The notes below the pieces were generated by a model that saw only the letters and a list, made by a program, of their open reading frames with translations, was not told the origin of the DNA and did not search any database. DNA of 64,000 nucleotides, taken from the NCBI RefSeq assembly GCF_001194135.2, contig NC_069007.1, positions 12,784,544 to 12,848,543 on the forward strand, read 5' to 3'. Shown piece by piece: positions 50,998 through 61,540 of the stretch. The position numbers were made by a program, and so were the translations under genes. The DNA comes from Octopus bimaculoides. Taxonomy: Eukaryota. Every line of letters begins with the position of its first letter. Within the stretch, counting starts at the first letter, position 1.

Positions 50998-51381
50998 AAA
51001 AAGACCGAAGACGGGAAATAAATTACTAGAAACAAAAGTTACAGAAGAATATTTAAACCTATCTGAATATGTCTAGTTCTAATGTGACAATCAAAGAAAT
51101 ATTGCCGAAGAAAGAGCGAGTCTACGACAGGGCAGTGCCATCTGCCATCCTCTGTAAACCGAAATTACTGCCGCTTCGGTCAGTCACTTTAGAGAAATTG
51201 GAGAAAATTCAACGTGAAGCCCAGGATATTATTAAAAAAGAAGAAATGTTACAATAATACAACCCACACACCTCATATGCATCTGTCTTTCTAACTGTTA
51301 TACACATCGCACATCTTTCTCCAAATCGCAGCATCCACTAGAATAGAACATTTCCTCTCCTCTCTTTAGATAAAGTAATTG
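50998..51381 (+). other. BBIP1: Internal exon carrying the whole BBIP1 ORF
   Basis: Acceptor ttatttttcttgtAG ends at 50997 and donor TTG|GTAAGT has its GT at 51382. No AATAAA occurs between the BBIP1 stop and the donor or in the next ~150 nt. Confidence 0.7.
51069..51257 (+). CDS. BBIP1: BBSome-interacting protein 1 (BBIP10/BBS18), complete single-exon ORF, 62 aa
   Basis: MSSSNVTIKEILPKKERVYDRAVPSAILCKPKLLPLRSVTLEKLEKIQREAQDIIKKEEMLQ. LCKPKLLPLRSVTLEKLEK matches human BBIP1 LCKPKLLPLKSLTLEKLEK, recalled from memory, at 17 of 19 positions. An in-frame TAG at 51027-51029 fixes the start codon. Confidence 0.95.
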   Translation: MSSSNVTIKEILPKKERVYDRAVPSAILCKPKLLPLRSVTLEKLEKIQREAQDIIKKEEMLQ

Positions 51382-51581
51382 GTAAGTTTTGACTATTTTT
51401 ATTTGATACTTGACTTTTAAAATTCTTTCTAAGCTTTGTGTTTTTTTTTTTATCGCTTACACGTAGTGTAGGTCTTAGTCTAGTTTTACTTAGCAACCAG
51501 TCACCAACAAATGGTGCCATGGCTCTGCACCCACATATCTCTTGCTTCAGTTAAATATCGATCACTTTTGATCACAAGAGA

Positions 51582-51614
<33 letters not shown>

Positions 51615-51907
51615 TATAATATATATACATATATTTCTTTTTCGGATAATACTGTAAACATTAACCATATATATATATATATATAATATTATCCGGAAAA
51701 GAAATATATGTATATATATTATATGCCTATATATATATACCCTTTACTCTTTTACTTGTTTCAGCACCGCCTTTAGTCGAGCAAATCGACCCCAAGACTT
51801 ATCCTTTGTAAACCTAGTACTTATTCTATCGGTCTCTTTTGCCGAACCGCTAAGTTACGGGGATGTAAACACATCAGCTTCGGTTGTCAAGCGATGTTGG
51901 GGGACAA

Positions 51908-51940
<33 letters not shown>

Positions 51941-52163
51941 CGACAGGCTTCTTTCAGTTTCCGTCTACAAATCCACTTACAAGGCTTTGGTTGGCCCGAG
52001 GCTATAGTAGAAGACACTTGCCCAAGGTGCCACGCAGTGGGACTGAACCCAGAACCATGTGGTTGGTAAGCAAGCTACTTACCACACNNNNNNNNNNNNN
52101 NNNNNNNNNNNNNNNNNNNNNNNNNNNNNNNNNNNNNNNNNNNNNNNNNNNNNNNNNNNNNNN

Positions 52164-52199
<36 letters not shown>

Positions 52200-52611
52200 A
52201 AAGAGTAAAGGTCCCCTTTGGTGATCCTCCTAGTCACAAGTCCGGGCAAGGTTGACTTATGGAAGACCAGCAGTCGCCCATGCATAGCAGTCTCCCCTCC
52301 TTACACCACCGTTGTTACCCAAGGGAAAGGCAAAGGGGCCGATACAGGTTGGCACCAGTAACGTCGCAACTCATTTCTACAGATGAGTGAACTGGAGCAA
52401 CATGAAAATAAAGTGCCTTGCTGAAGAACACTACACACAGCTCGGTCCGGTTCATCGAATGCACAATGTTACGACTGTAAGCCCGATGCTCTAACCACTG
52501 AGTCATGCGCCTTGTGTGTATGGGGAGGAACGCATGTACTAAGGGAAATCAATAATATAATCAACAATCATTTTTATTTTCATTTTATTTTAGGATCATC
52601 CAACTCTGAAA

Positions 52612-52857
52612 ATGTCTTACGTCTCATCAGGTTCAGATTTGTTCATGTTTGAACCCTCAACTAAAAGATCATCAAAGGAACAAGTCACCTCTCACAAAGT
52701 GACCTTACTTGTTCTGCTTTATGAATTCCTAAATGCTTATGAGAAAAAGTCACAAATTCGAGAACAGTACCAACAGAATTTGGACCTCAAGGTGGAAATG
52801 GATTTTACTGATGTAGAAGTGAAAGCTATTCTTACATTGATATTAGATCTTTATCAG
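52612..52857 (+). CDS. ANAPC5: Anaphase-promoting complex subunit 5, coding exon 1 (exon starts at 52594)
   Basis: MSYVSSGSDLFMFEPSTKRSSKEQVTSHKVTLLVLLYEF...ILTLILDLYQ, comparable to human KDWVTPYKIAVLVLLNEM...LLLPLLQ. Acceptor ttttattttAG ends at 52593 and the donor is CAG|GTAAGC. Confidence 0.9.
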
Positions 52858-52934
52858 GTAAGCTTACACAGGATTCTTTCATTTGTTTTCACATTCATTT
52901 TTATATGCTTGCATGGGTTAGAAGAATATATTAT

Positions 52935-53500
52935 TGAGGACATGCAAAGGCTTGAAAGAAATGAAGCAGTATGCTTTGCTGGGTGTGTACTGTCAGTGTG
53001 CATGAACAAAACAGTGTAAGCTTCTTGAGAGAAGAATTGGGCATAAGAGGCATCAGATGTGGTGTGTAAGAGAGAAGACTGTACTGGTATGGTCATGTGA
53101 TGCATATGGATGAGGACAGCTGTGGAGGGAGCCTGTGGAAAAGGTAGACCCAGGAAGACCTGGTTATGGTCATGTGATGCATATGGATGAGGACGGCTGT
53201 GGTGGGAACCTATGGAAGATGTAGACCCAGGAAGACATGGGACGAGGTGGTGATGCATGATCTTTGGATGTTGGCTTTCAGGGAGGTGATGACAAGTGAT
53301 CGAGACCATTGGCAATTTGCTGTGCTTGAGAAGACTCGTCAAGCCAAGTAAAATTGTAGTCGTGGCCATGCTGGTGGCACATAAGAGGCACCCACTACAC
53401 TCCTGGAGTCGTTGGTGTTAGGAAGGGTATCCAATCATAGAAACCGAGCCAGACCAGACTGGAGCCTGCTACAGCTCTCCAGCTTATCAGTTCCAGTCAA
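52935..53500 (+). mobile_element. RTE LINE ORF end joined to its 3'UTR
   Basis: EDMQRLERNEA...LGIRGIRCGV*ERRLYWYGHVMHM...GRPRKTW, with an internal ~76-bp duplication. It runs directly into the abundant 'GCACCCACTACACTC..GTTAGGAAGGG' repeat. Confidence 0.85.
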
Positions 53501-54816
53501 CAACAGACAACTAAATTTCTCACTGTTCACTAGCAAAACTAGTGGAATTTCCACAGATTTCACTCATAATAGTAATAATAATGATAATAATAATAATAAT
53601 AGTAATAATAATAATAGTAATAATAATAATCATAAGAGTACTCAGAGAGCGCAATCCTCCACCATGGCAACACCAACGTCCTCTCAATGATTAGCCAGAG
53701 ATGGTTTTTAAAATAAGGATATCTGAAATAAACCCAACTGCTCTCACAAATGAGAATACTAAAAATGAACCTGACTACTCTCAAAAATTAAGTAAAAAAG
53801 CTGGAAAAATAATTTAGAATCCTTGTCCGGTGCTGGATCAATCCCAAAATCTAATCAGTTTGTGCCAGTCATGAGGCCAAACATCCCTGAAAGTTTCAGC
53901 CGAATCCATCCAGCGGTTCTTGAGATATCTTGTCCATGGACAAACAAACAAACACAACTGAAAACAATACTTTCGCCTTTGCTAAGGTGAGGGTAATGAT
54001 ACTATGTGTCAATATTTTGTGCTTCTAAGGCATAAGGCAGCAAGCTGGCAGAATCTTTAGATGCTCAGCTGCATCATGTCTGTCTTTGCCTTCTGAGTTC
54101 AAATTCTGCTGAGGTCGACTTTGCTTTTCATCCTTTTGGGGTCAATGAAATAAGTACCAGTTAAGTACTGGGGTTGATGTAATCAACTTATCCCTCTCCT
54201 CTGATATTGCTGGCCTTGTGCTAAAATTTGAAACCAATATTTTGTGCTTCTAACAAACTTTCATTACACATCCTCACTCTTCTCTCTGTACCCCCTCTAC
54301 AGCAAGACTCNNNNNNNNNNAAACTTTCATTACACATCATCACTCTTCTCTCTGTACCCCCTCTACAGCAAGACTCCTTAAGTACTGGGGTTGATGTAAT
54401 CAACTTATCCCTCTCCTCTGATATTGCTGGCCTTGTGCTAAAATTTGAAACCAATATTTTGTGCTTCTAACAAACTTTCATTACACATCCTCACTCTTCT
54501 CTCTGTACCCCCTCTACAGCAAGACTCCTATTCCTATTCCTCTATCATATTCTTTCCTCTCAACACCTGGTATAAGCTACCTCCATTAGTACTACACTCC
54601 ACTCAGTCGAGGAGTCTTGTTTTGCAGGGTGCCTGCCACCTCACAAGTGCCAGTGACATAAAAATAGAAACGTACCCAATCCACTCTGTAAAGTGGTTGG
54701 TGTTAAGAAGGGCATCATCAGTGTGTAACCGTGTTGAAATAGGCATTGGAGTTTGACACAGTCCACTGACTGTCACATCCTGTCAAAGTGTCTGACCCAT
54801 GCTAGTGTGGAATATG

Positions 54817-55194
54817 TTGGCACTCTGTCGCTTACGACGTCGAGGGTTCCAGTCGATCCGATCAACGGAACAGCCTGCTCGTGAAATTAACGTGCAAGTA
54901 GCCGAGCACTCCACAGACATGTGTACCCTTAACGTAGTTCTCAGGGATATTCAGCGTGACACAGTGTGACAAGGCTGACCCTTTGAATTACAGGCACAAC
55001 AGAAACAGGAAGTAAGAGTGAAAGAAAGTTGTGGTGAAAGAGTACAGCAGGGTTCGCCACCATCCCCTGCCGGAGCCTCGTGGAGTTTTAGGTGTTTTCG
55101 CTCAATAAACTCTCACAACGCCCTATCTGGGAATCGAAACCACGATCCTATGACCGCGAGTCTGCTGCCCTAACCACTGGGCCATTGTGCCTCC
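54817..55194 (-). mobile_element. Full-length tRNA-derived SINE family C (Ceph-SINE-like), inserted into an RTE tail
   Basis: The minus-strand head is GGAGGCACAATGGCCCAGTGGTTAGGG...GGTTTCGATTCCC. An imperfect ~13-bp TSD (CTAGTGTGGAATA / CCAGTATGGAATA) flanks it. Partial relatives lie at about 750-820 and 3955-4225. Confidence 0.75.
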
Positions 55195-55330
55195 CCAGTA
55201 TGGAATACAGATGCTGAATGATGATGATGATGATCTAAAACTATTATGATTATGAAAGTGTGAAAAGGGAATTCATAAATAATTTTCCTTCCCAATGATG
55301 TTATTTTTTAATCTTTTATCCACATTATAG

Positions 55331-55413
55331 GGACCTGAAAAAGCTCTTCGTGACTTAATTCCCCGTGTGAAGAAAGTGACCAATGCAAAGTTGGCTGACA
55401 GATTTACAGGAAG
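55331..55413 (+). CDS. ANAPC5: ANAPC5 coding exon 2
   Basis: GPEKALRDLIPRVKKVTNAKLADRFTG(R), comparable to human GPDITLSKL...QLANSVQIR. Flanked by tatAG and GTTTGA, 83 nt, phase 0-2. Confidence 0.85.
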
Positions 55414-56419
55414 GTTTGAGAAGATTTTTGTAATATTTTTATTTAATTTGTAGTGTCCTCATTGTTTTTTTTTATTTTGTGTGTGTGTGTTGGGGTTGGG
55501 GGGATTCCTTTATCAGAATGTGGTCAGTCGAAGAAAACTTGTCTGTAGTTAAGGGCCTATGACAGAATCAAAAATATTATACAACTTGGTCAGAAGCTCT
55601 CTAGATTTTCCAGCCCTAAGCTTTAGCCTAATAAGTCTTGCTGAGCCTGCTTCTCTGTGCATGTGCTTGAGTCTATCTGTGTGTGTATGCATGTGTATCT
55701 ATATATATTTAGCTTGACATGTACAAAGCCTATAGTCAACGCTTGTTTGCCTGGATTGTCTCCCCCATTGTTTAAAGATGGAGTTTAGACATCTTATCTA
55801 GTCTGAGCACTAATCTGTATCAATTATATGCCATCTGACACATTCTTACCCATTATATGTATATATGGTCTGATCAATAAGTATCCAGACTGTTGCCACA
55901 GTAACAAAGCTAAAGCATGCAGAGTGAAGCCACTTGGCACAGACTGACCTTGGACTCTGTTGTGCATGCATACTATGCTTTAATGTTCTAGCTCACTTCC
56001 GCTGTTTACGGCAATGCTTGGAAGGAAGGTGTGTAGCATGTGATCGTCACATTGACTGTCTACTTACAAAGGTGCTTATGTAAATATGATGTGTGGGTGG
56101 TACCTGTGGCATTATGGTACCCCTATCTTCTTTCTACATGTCAACTAGGTAAAGAGGTAGGTAGGTAGATAGGTTTATGTGCTTAGGTCAGTTATGTAGC
56201 ATGTTAGTTACTTAGTTAATTATGTAGTTAAGTACAGGGCTATGGAGTCAGTCAGAAACAATTAAGGGGTAGCTGGAGTCAGAGTCAGTAAAACGATACT
56301 GACTCTGATTCCAACTCACAATGTCTTTATTCTTTAATATGAACCGGTTATAAGATATAGGCCTACTCAAAGTACAAGCGTTTACATATGCTTTATGAGA
56401 TATGTAAACCACAATCACT

Positions 56420-57013
56420 GGATCTTTTTTAAAACGGGGGCCACATTTTCATTAACGAAACACTTTGAAACTTGGAACACTGGTAGAATGTGTCATAAAA
56501 CATCTTTTTCTCTTAGTCTTCTTTAAAAAAAAAGAAATCCCTAAGTTATTCCATGTTAAAGTTGTCGTATTTCTGTAATTTCAACCAATCACTGACGTCC
56601 ATTCAGCCGATATACATTAAGTGCCGACTACATAAACAAACGATTCTGAAACAATTCTATCGGTGATAGGGTTAGGGTTAGGGTAAAACAGCAAATTTAA
56701 AAAGAAAAAAGCAAATAAAACGAAGAAAAAAAAGATGATGAAAAAAGCAAATTTAAAATGAAAAAACCAAATAAAACGAAGCTATGGCTTAATCAGCCAA
56801 AGGAGTAAATGTAAACAACTGAATACTTGTCAGTGATTGGTTGAAATTATCGAAATAAGACAATTTTTTACATGAAATAAATTTGAATACAAAAATATTT
56901 TTCTGTTCTATAACACAAAATAGATAAGTATACGAAGTTTGAAAGTCTTTCGGTACCAAAAACACTACGTAAAACATTAATGAAAAATGTGGCCCCCGTT
57001 TTAAAAAAGATCC
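56420..57013. mobile_element. Non-autonomous TIR element, Merlin-like (594 bp)
   Basis: 36/37-bp TIRs GGATCTTTTTTAAAACGGGGGCCACATTTT(T)CATTAA and a perfect 8-bp TSD CAATCACT at 56412-56419 and 57014-57021. Confidence 0.85.
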
Positions 57014-57157
57014 CAATCACTTAATTACATAAGGTGGAGTTGGAGTTGGCGGTACCAATAGTAGAGGAGTTGGAGTCAAAGATTTTTGTTATGCTATGTC
57101 TTGTGGCTTGCTTTCTCATAAAATTGCACTTCAACAATTCCTCTCTCTAATTTCCAG

Positions 57158-57270
57158 GTTGACTGTCATAGCTGAAGGAGGAATCCGAGCCCTCAATGAG
57201 TTTTTTAATCAATTTACAGACGATTTTTTGCATTTCTCAGAAACATTAATGCATAAATCATCATTGTTCG
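57158..57270 (+). CDS. ANAPC5: ANAPC5 coding exon 3
   Basis: LTVIAEGGIRALNEFFNQFTDDFLHFSETLMHKSSLF(G), comparable to human LKLMAEGELKDMEQFF...VHKTSVVG. Flanked by ttccAG and GTAAGT, 113 nt, phase 2-1. Confidence 0.93.
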
Positions 57271-58050
57271 GTAAGTTTGGAAAAATTAGTTTTTGTTTGT
57301 TTTTGTTTTGTCCTTCCTGTATCCGTCTCCACTCCCATTCCATGCTCCAGAGGTGGTGGTGGTGGGGCTTGTTTCATTTAATGATTGTTTAAAACATACC
57401 CTATGTACATTAACACACGCATGCATTGAATTCTTTTGTGATTGTTTTAATCATTGTCATCATCACCATCCTTATCAATCACTTCATCTTTATTCACATC
57501 ATTTCTATCTTCATCCACTATAACCTTTCGTCATCTGACACAAGGTCACCTCCTCCAATGCCTCCTCCTCTCTCAAATGATTTTTGTCTTGCAGGTTACT
57601 TGGTTACCCTGTCAGTGCAGGTGCCACTTAAAAAGCACCCAGTCCACACTGTAAAGTGGTTGGTGTTTGGAAGGGCATCCAGGTGTAAAAACCTTGCCAA
57701 AACTGACCTCACCTGTGCTTGTGCCATATAAAAAGCACTCAGTCCACTCTGCTGAGTGGTGGTGTTAGAAAGAGCATCCATCCATTAAAACCCTGCCAAA
57801 ACAGTCACAGAAGTCTGGTGCAGGCTTCTACCTTGCTGGCTCCTGTCAAACCATCGTACCCATGCCAGCATAGAAGGTGGACGTTAAATGATGATGTTGA
57901 TGATAGATACAGGCTTGTCCTTTACAGGTTCCAATGTACTCATGCTGGTGCTGCCTAAATGCACCCATGCCAGTGGCATGTAAAATGCATCCAGCACACT
58001 GTAAAGTGTTTGGCATTAGGAAGAGCATCCAGCTGTAGAAACCAGGCCAC

Positions 58051-58484
58051 GGTAGAGACGGACTATACGTAATCTGAACCTTTNNNNNNNNNNNNNNNNN
58101 NNNNNNNNNNNNNNNNNNNNNNNNNNNNNNNNNNNNNNNNNNNNNNNNNNNNNNNNNNNNNNNNNNNNNNNNNNNNNNNNNNNNNNNNNNNNNNNNNNNN
58201 NNNNNNNNNNNNNNNNNNNNNNNNNNNNNNNNNNNNNNNNNNNNNNNNNNNNNNNNNNNNNNNNNNNNNNNNNNNNNNNNNNNNNNNNNNNNNNNNNNNN
58301 NNNNNNNNNNNNNNNNNNNNNNNNNNNNNNNNNNNNNNNNNNNNNNNNNNNNNNNNNNNNNNNNNNNNNNNNNNNNNNNNNNNCAGAATCGGAATCTCCA
58401 TAGCCTAAAACGTGGGATTCCGTAAAAAAAAAAAAAAAATAATAAGGGGGGAAAGGTTCAGATTACATATAGTCCATCTGGACC
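58051..58484. mobile_element. Second Merlin-like TIR element (interior mostly N gap)
   Basis: TIRs match at 29 of 33 positions and begin GGT. A perfect 8-bp TSD CAGGCCAC lies at 58043-58050 and 58485-58492. The element splits an RTE 3'UTR repeat whose halves rejoin when it is removed. Confidence 0.8.
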
Positions 58485-58589
58485 CAGGCCACAACAGACA
58501 ATTGGAGTCTGGACAGCTCTCTGGCTGGCCAGCTCCTGTCAAACCGTCTAACCCATACTAGCATGGAAAACAGACGTTAGATGATGACG

Positions 58590-58860
58590 ACAACATTGAT
58601 CATCATCATCATCATCATACTGAATATTGCCATGTTCTTAATTATCATTGTCTTCTTCCAATCACTTCATCTCCAATTTTATCATGTATTCCATCTCTAG
58701 CACCATTCTCACCATCTTCATCATCATCTTCATTATCATTATCCCCATCATCATCATTGTCATCATCATTACCAGCGTAATCATCATCTTCTTCAACATC
58801 ATTATCATCACCATCATCATCACCGTCATTATCATCATCTTCATTATCGTCTGCTATCTT
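58590..58860. repeat. Degenerate (ATC)n trinucleotide tract extending an RTE tail
   Basis: Read directly from the sequence. Confidence 0.9.
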
Positions 58861-60102
58861 TCCTAAAGTGACAAAAGTATAATTTGGGGAATTGTAAACA
58901 AAAACCGTTAGACTATTGGAGAAGATGCTTTGTACTTTTTGTTCTGGTTCTTTGTGTTCTGAGTTCAAATCCTGCCAGGGTCTACCTAGGTGGTAAACTT
59001 AAACTTTCACCCTGTTTAACATCGTCACCTGACCCCTTGAGTCTTTATTTGAGTCATGTCTCCAGTTTGAAGATAATGTCTTTCCCTCACTTTCTCCCTT
59101 CCTTCTGTCCACCTGTCTTGGAGGCCCTGAAAGGGATCTTGATTAGCTCCTTTTCCTCATGCCCAAACAATAATGTGAAAAAAGCCCAGACTGTTAATAA
59201 TAATAATGCTTGGGAAAAATGCTACGGTAATAGCAATAATGTGTTTCTTTTAAAGATAATTCATTTATATTATGATAATGGGTTTACATTAATTATAAAG
59301 GAAAGTCGTTGGTATTAGGAAGGGCATCTAGCTGTAAGAATTGTGCCAAAGTAGACAGCTGTGCTTGGCATAGTCTTTTGGCTTACCAATTCTTGTCAAA
59401 CCATCCAACTCATGCTAGCATGGAAGACGGATGTTAAATAAAGATGATGATAATGTCATCATTATCATCATCGTTTAACATCCGCTTTCCATGCTGGCAT
59501 GGGTTGGATGGTTTGACTGAGGACTGGCAAGCCAGTAGGCTGCACCTGGCTCCAATCTGATCTGGCAAGGTTTCTACAGCTGGATGCCCTTCCTAACACC
59601 AACCACTTTGAGAGTGTAGTGGGTGCTTTTTACATGCCACCGGCACGGGAGCCAGTCAGGGGCACCGGCATTGACCATGTCCAGATGATGCTTTTTATGT
59701 GCCACCAGCATGGGTGCAAGTCAGGGGACACTGGCATCAACCACGTTCAGATGGTGCTTTTTACGTGCCACCGGCACAGGAGCCAGTCAGGGGGCACTGG
59801 AATCGACCACATTCGATGGTGCTTTTTAATTTTGACTTATATTAATTATAATAATGTATTATATTAAGTGGAGTATTAAACCAGTTAGCTGGTAGAATTG
59901 TTAGCATGCTGGACAAAATGCTTTGTGTTCTGAGTTCAAATGCTGCTGAGCTTTGACTTTGCCTTTCGTCTTCAAAGGGTTGATAAAGTAAGTTCCAGTT
60001 GAGCACTGAGGTCTAAGTAATTGACTCTCTCCTTCCTCAAAAATGACTGACCTTGTGTCAAAATTAGAAATTATTAATTAACTGGATTAATTAACATTTC
60101 AG

Positions 60103-60268
60103 GTCTGTTCGCCCGGAGGATGATGGTAACTTTCAACATGTTATCGTTGAGTGAAGTGGTCAACATATTCAACCGTTTTCATGCTGAAATGATGAGTATT
60201 ACTGCTGATAAAGAGAAAAATTGTAGAGACTCAGTTGGTCCGGACGATGCTTTCGGTCAGGGCAAGAC
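60103..60268 (+). CDS. ANAPC5: ANAPC5 coding exon 4
   Basis: (G)LFARRMMVTFNMLSLSEVVNIFNRFHAEMMSITADKEKNCRDSVGPDDAFGQGK(T), comparable to human GLFLRHMILAYSKLSFSQV. Flanked by tttcAG and GTTAGT, 166 nt, phase 1-2. Confidence 0.9.
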
Positions 60269-60591
60269 GTTAGTATTGATTGCTGTAACATATATTGAAA
60301 TGTCTGTCCCTGTTGTGTGGAGGATGGTTTCTGGGTGTTGTGTGGTGGAGATATTGTAACCTGAATGTGTATTTGTGGATGCGTAAAAAGAATTAGGGTG
60401 ACATGAGAAAAACACTGGTGATGGTGCCACATAAAAAGCACCTAGTATGCACTGTAAAGTAGGTGGCATTAGGAATGGCATCCAGCTGTAGAAACCAAGC
60501 CAAATCAGACTCTGGAACCTGTTGTGGCACCTGGCCTTACCAGTTCCTATCAAGCCATCTAACCCATGCCAGAACGGAAAACAGACGTTAA

Positions 60592-60804
60592 CCCTTTAGC
60601 ATTCAGATTACTCTGTCAAATGCAATGCTTTTTTATTCACATTGTTTTGAATTAATCCTGCATTATCTTGTAAACTTGAGATTTCAATGATGCGATTGCA
60701 TATTCTTAGAATGACACTGTAGGGTAGGTGTGAGAGGCTGGATCTGGCTGGTTGAAATAGGTAGAATATTTGCATTGGATATGGCTGGTTTAAATGCTAA
60801 AGGG
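60592..60804. mobile_element. piggyBac-type MITE (family 2); a second copy at 31650-32239 is split by a SINE-B insertion
   Basis: TTAA|CCCTTTAGCATT ... AATGCTAAAGGG|TTAA, a 12-bp perfect TIR. Confidence 0.88.
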
Positions 60805-61169
60805 TTAAAGGATGATGATGATGTGTGGTGGTAGTAGTCTGACCATGCTTTCTCGCGATTGTAACATGGATGCGTGTGTGTGTGTGTGTGTGTGTGTGTG
60901 CAAGTTGTGGTGTAGGTGCTCAGTGTAACCATGTGCGAGTATGTATGTGTACATGTGTGGTAGGTGTAGTTTAGCCATGTGTGCATTTGTGTGAATGTTG
61001 TGTGGTGTGGTTGTGTTGCATGGCTGGAGTAAAGTGCAGCCAGGTTATTTGATGGTGTTGGTGATAGCGACGGCAGTGTGGGGAGAATGGAAATGGAGGG
61101 GCAGGGTGGGGGTCAAGATGTGAAGCGTGTGTGAGAGCTGTGTTACGTTTTGCTAGTTTATTAATATGT

Positions 61170-61425
61170 GGAGGCACGTGGCCTAGTGGTTAGGGTGTCA
61201 GCATCATGATTGTAAGATTGAGGTTTCTATTCCTGGACCGGGTGACGTGTTGTGTTCTTGAGCAAAACACTTCATTTCACGTTGCTCCAGTCCACTCAGC
61301 TGGCAAAAATGAGTAATGCTGCTATGGACTGGCGTCCTGTCCAGCTGGGGAACAAATACACCATTGAAACCGGGAAACCGGGCCCATAAGCCTGGCTAGG
61401 CTTTAAAAGGGCGAAAAAAAAAAAA
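61170..61425 (+). mobile_element. Full-length tRNA-derived SINE with a V-domain-like segment and poly(A) tail
   Basis: Head GGAGGCACGTGGCCTAGTGGTTAGGG, segment ATGGACTGGCGTCCTGTCCAG resembling the V-SINE domain, and an A12 tail. The TSD is AGTTTATTAATAT / AGTTTATTCATAT (12 of 13 identical). Confidence 0.75.
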
Positions 61426-61479
61426 GTTTATTCATATATTCCTGCCTAACCAAGCGTTTATATTTCTTGCCCCCAACAG

Positions 61480-61540
61480 ACAACCGCCCCCTGTGACGTA
61501 TAAATCTCAGAAACAGGCAGAATATTACATAGCCAACCAG
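61480..61540 (+). CDS. ANAPC5: ANAPC5 coding exon 5
   Basis: QPPPVTYKSQKQAEYYIANQ, comparable to human LSQKQAEFFLSQQ. Flanked by caacAG and GTGAGA, 61 nt, phase 2-0. Confidence 0.92.

Noticed and set aside
54162-54527. Exact ~150-bp duplication plus a triplicated 56-mer around a 10-N gap
   Set aside because: Identical sequence on both sides of a placeholder gap indicates an unmerged contig overlap. The same artefact occurs at 7427-7510 and 12994-13034.
56667-56684. TTAGGG repeats as an interstitial telomere or fusion scar
   Set aside because: There are only about three units and they lie inside a TSD-flanked transposon.
58645-58968. Asp/Asn-rich acidic ORF resembling a biomineralisation or acidic-domain protein
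   Set aside because: It is a decayed (ATC)n tract continuing an RTE tail, is open in several frames, and is antisense within an ANAPC5 intron with no exon boundaries.
50289-61425. tRNA genes suggested by A- and B-box motifs in SINE heads
   Set aside because: The heads continue into SINE bodies and tails, and I found no complete cloverleaf with an acceptor stem.
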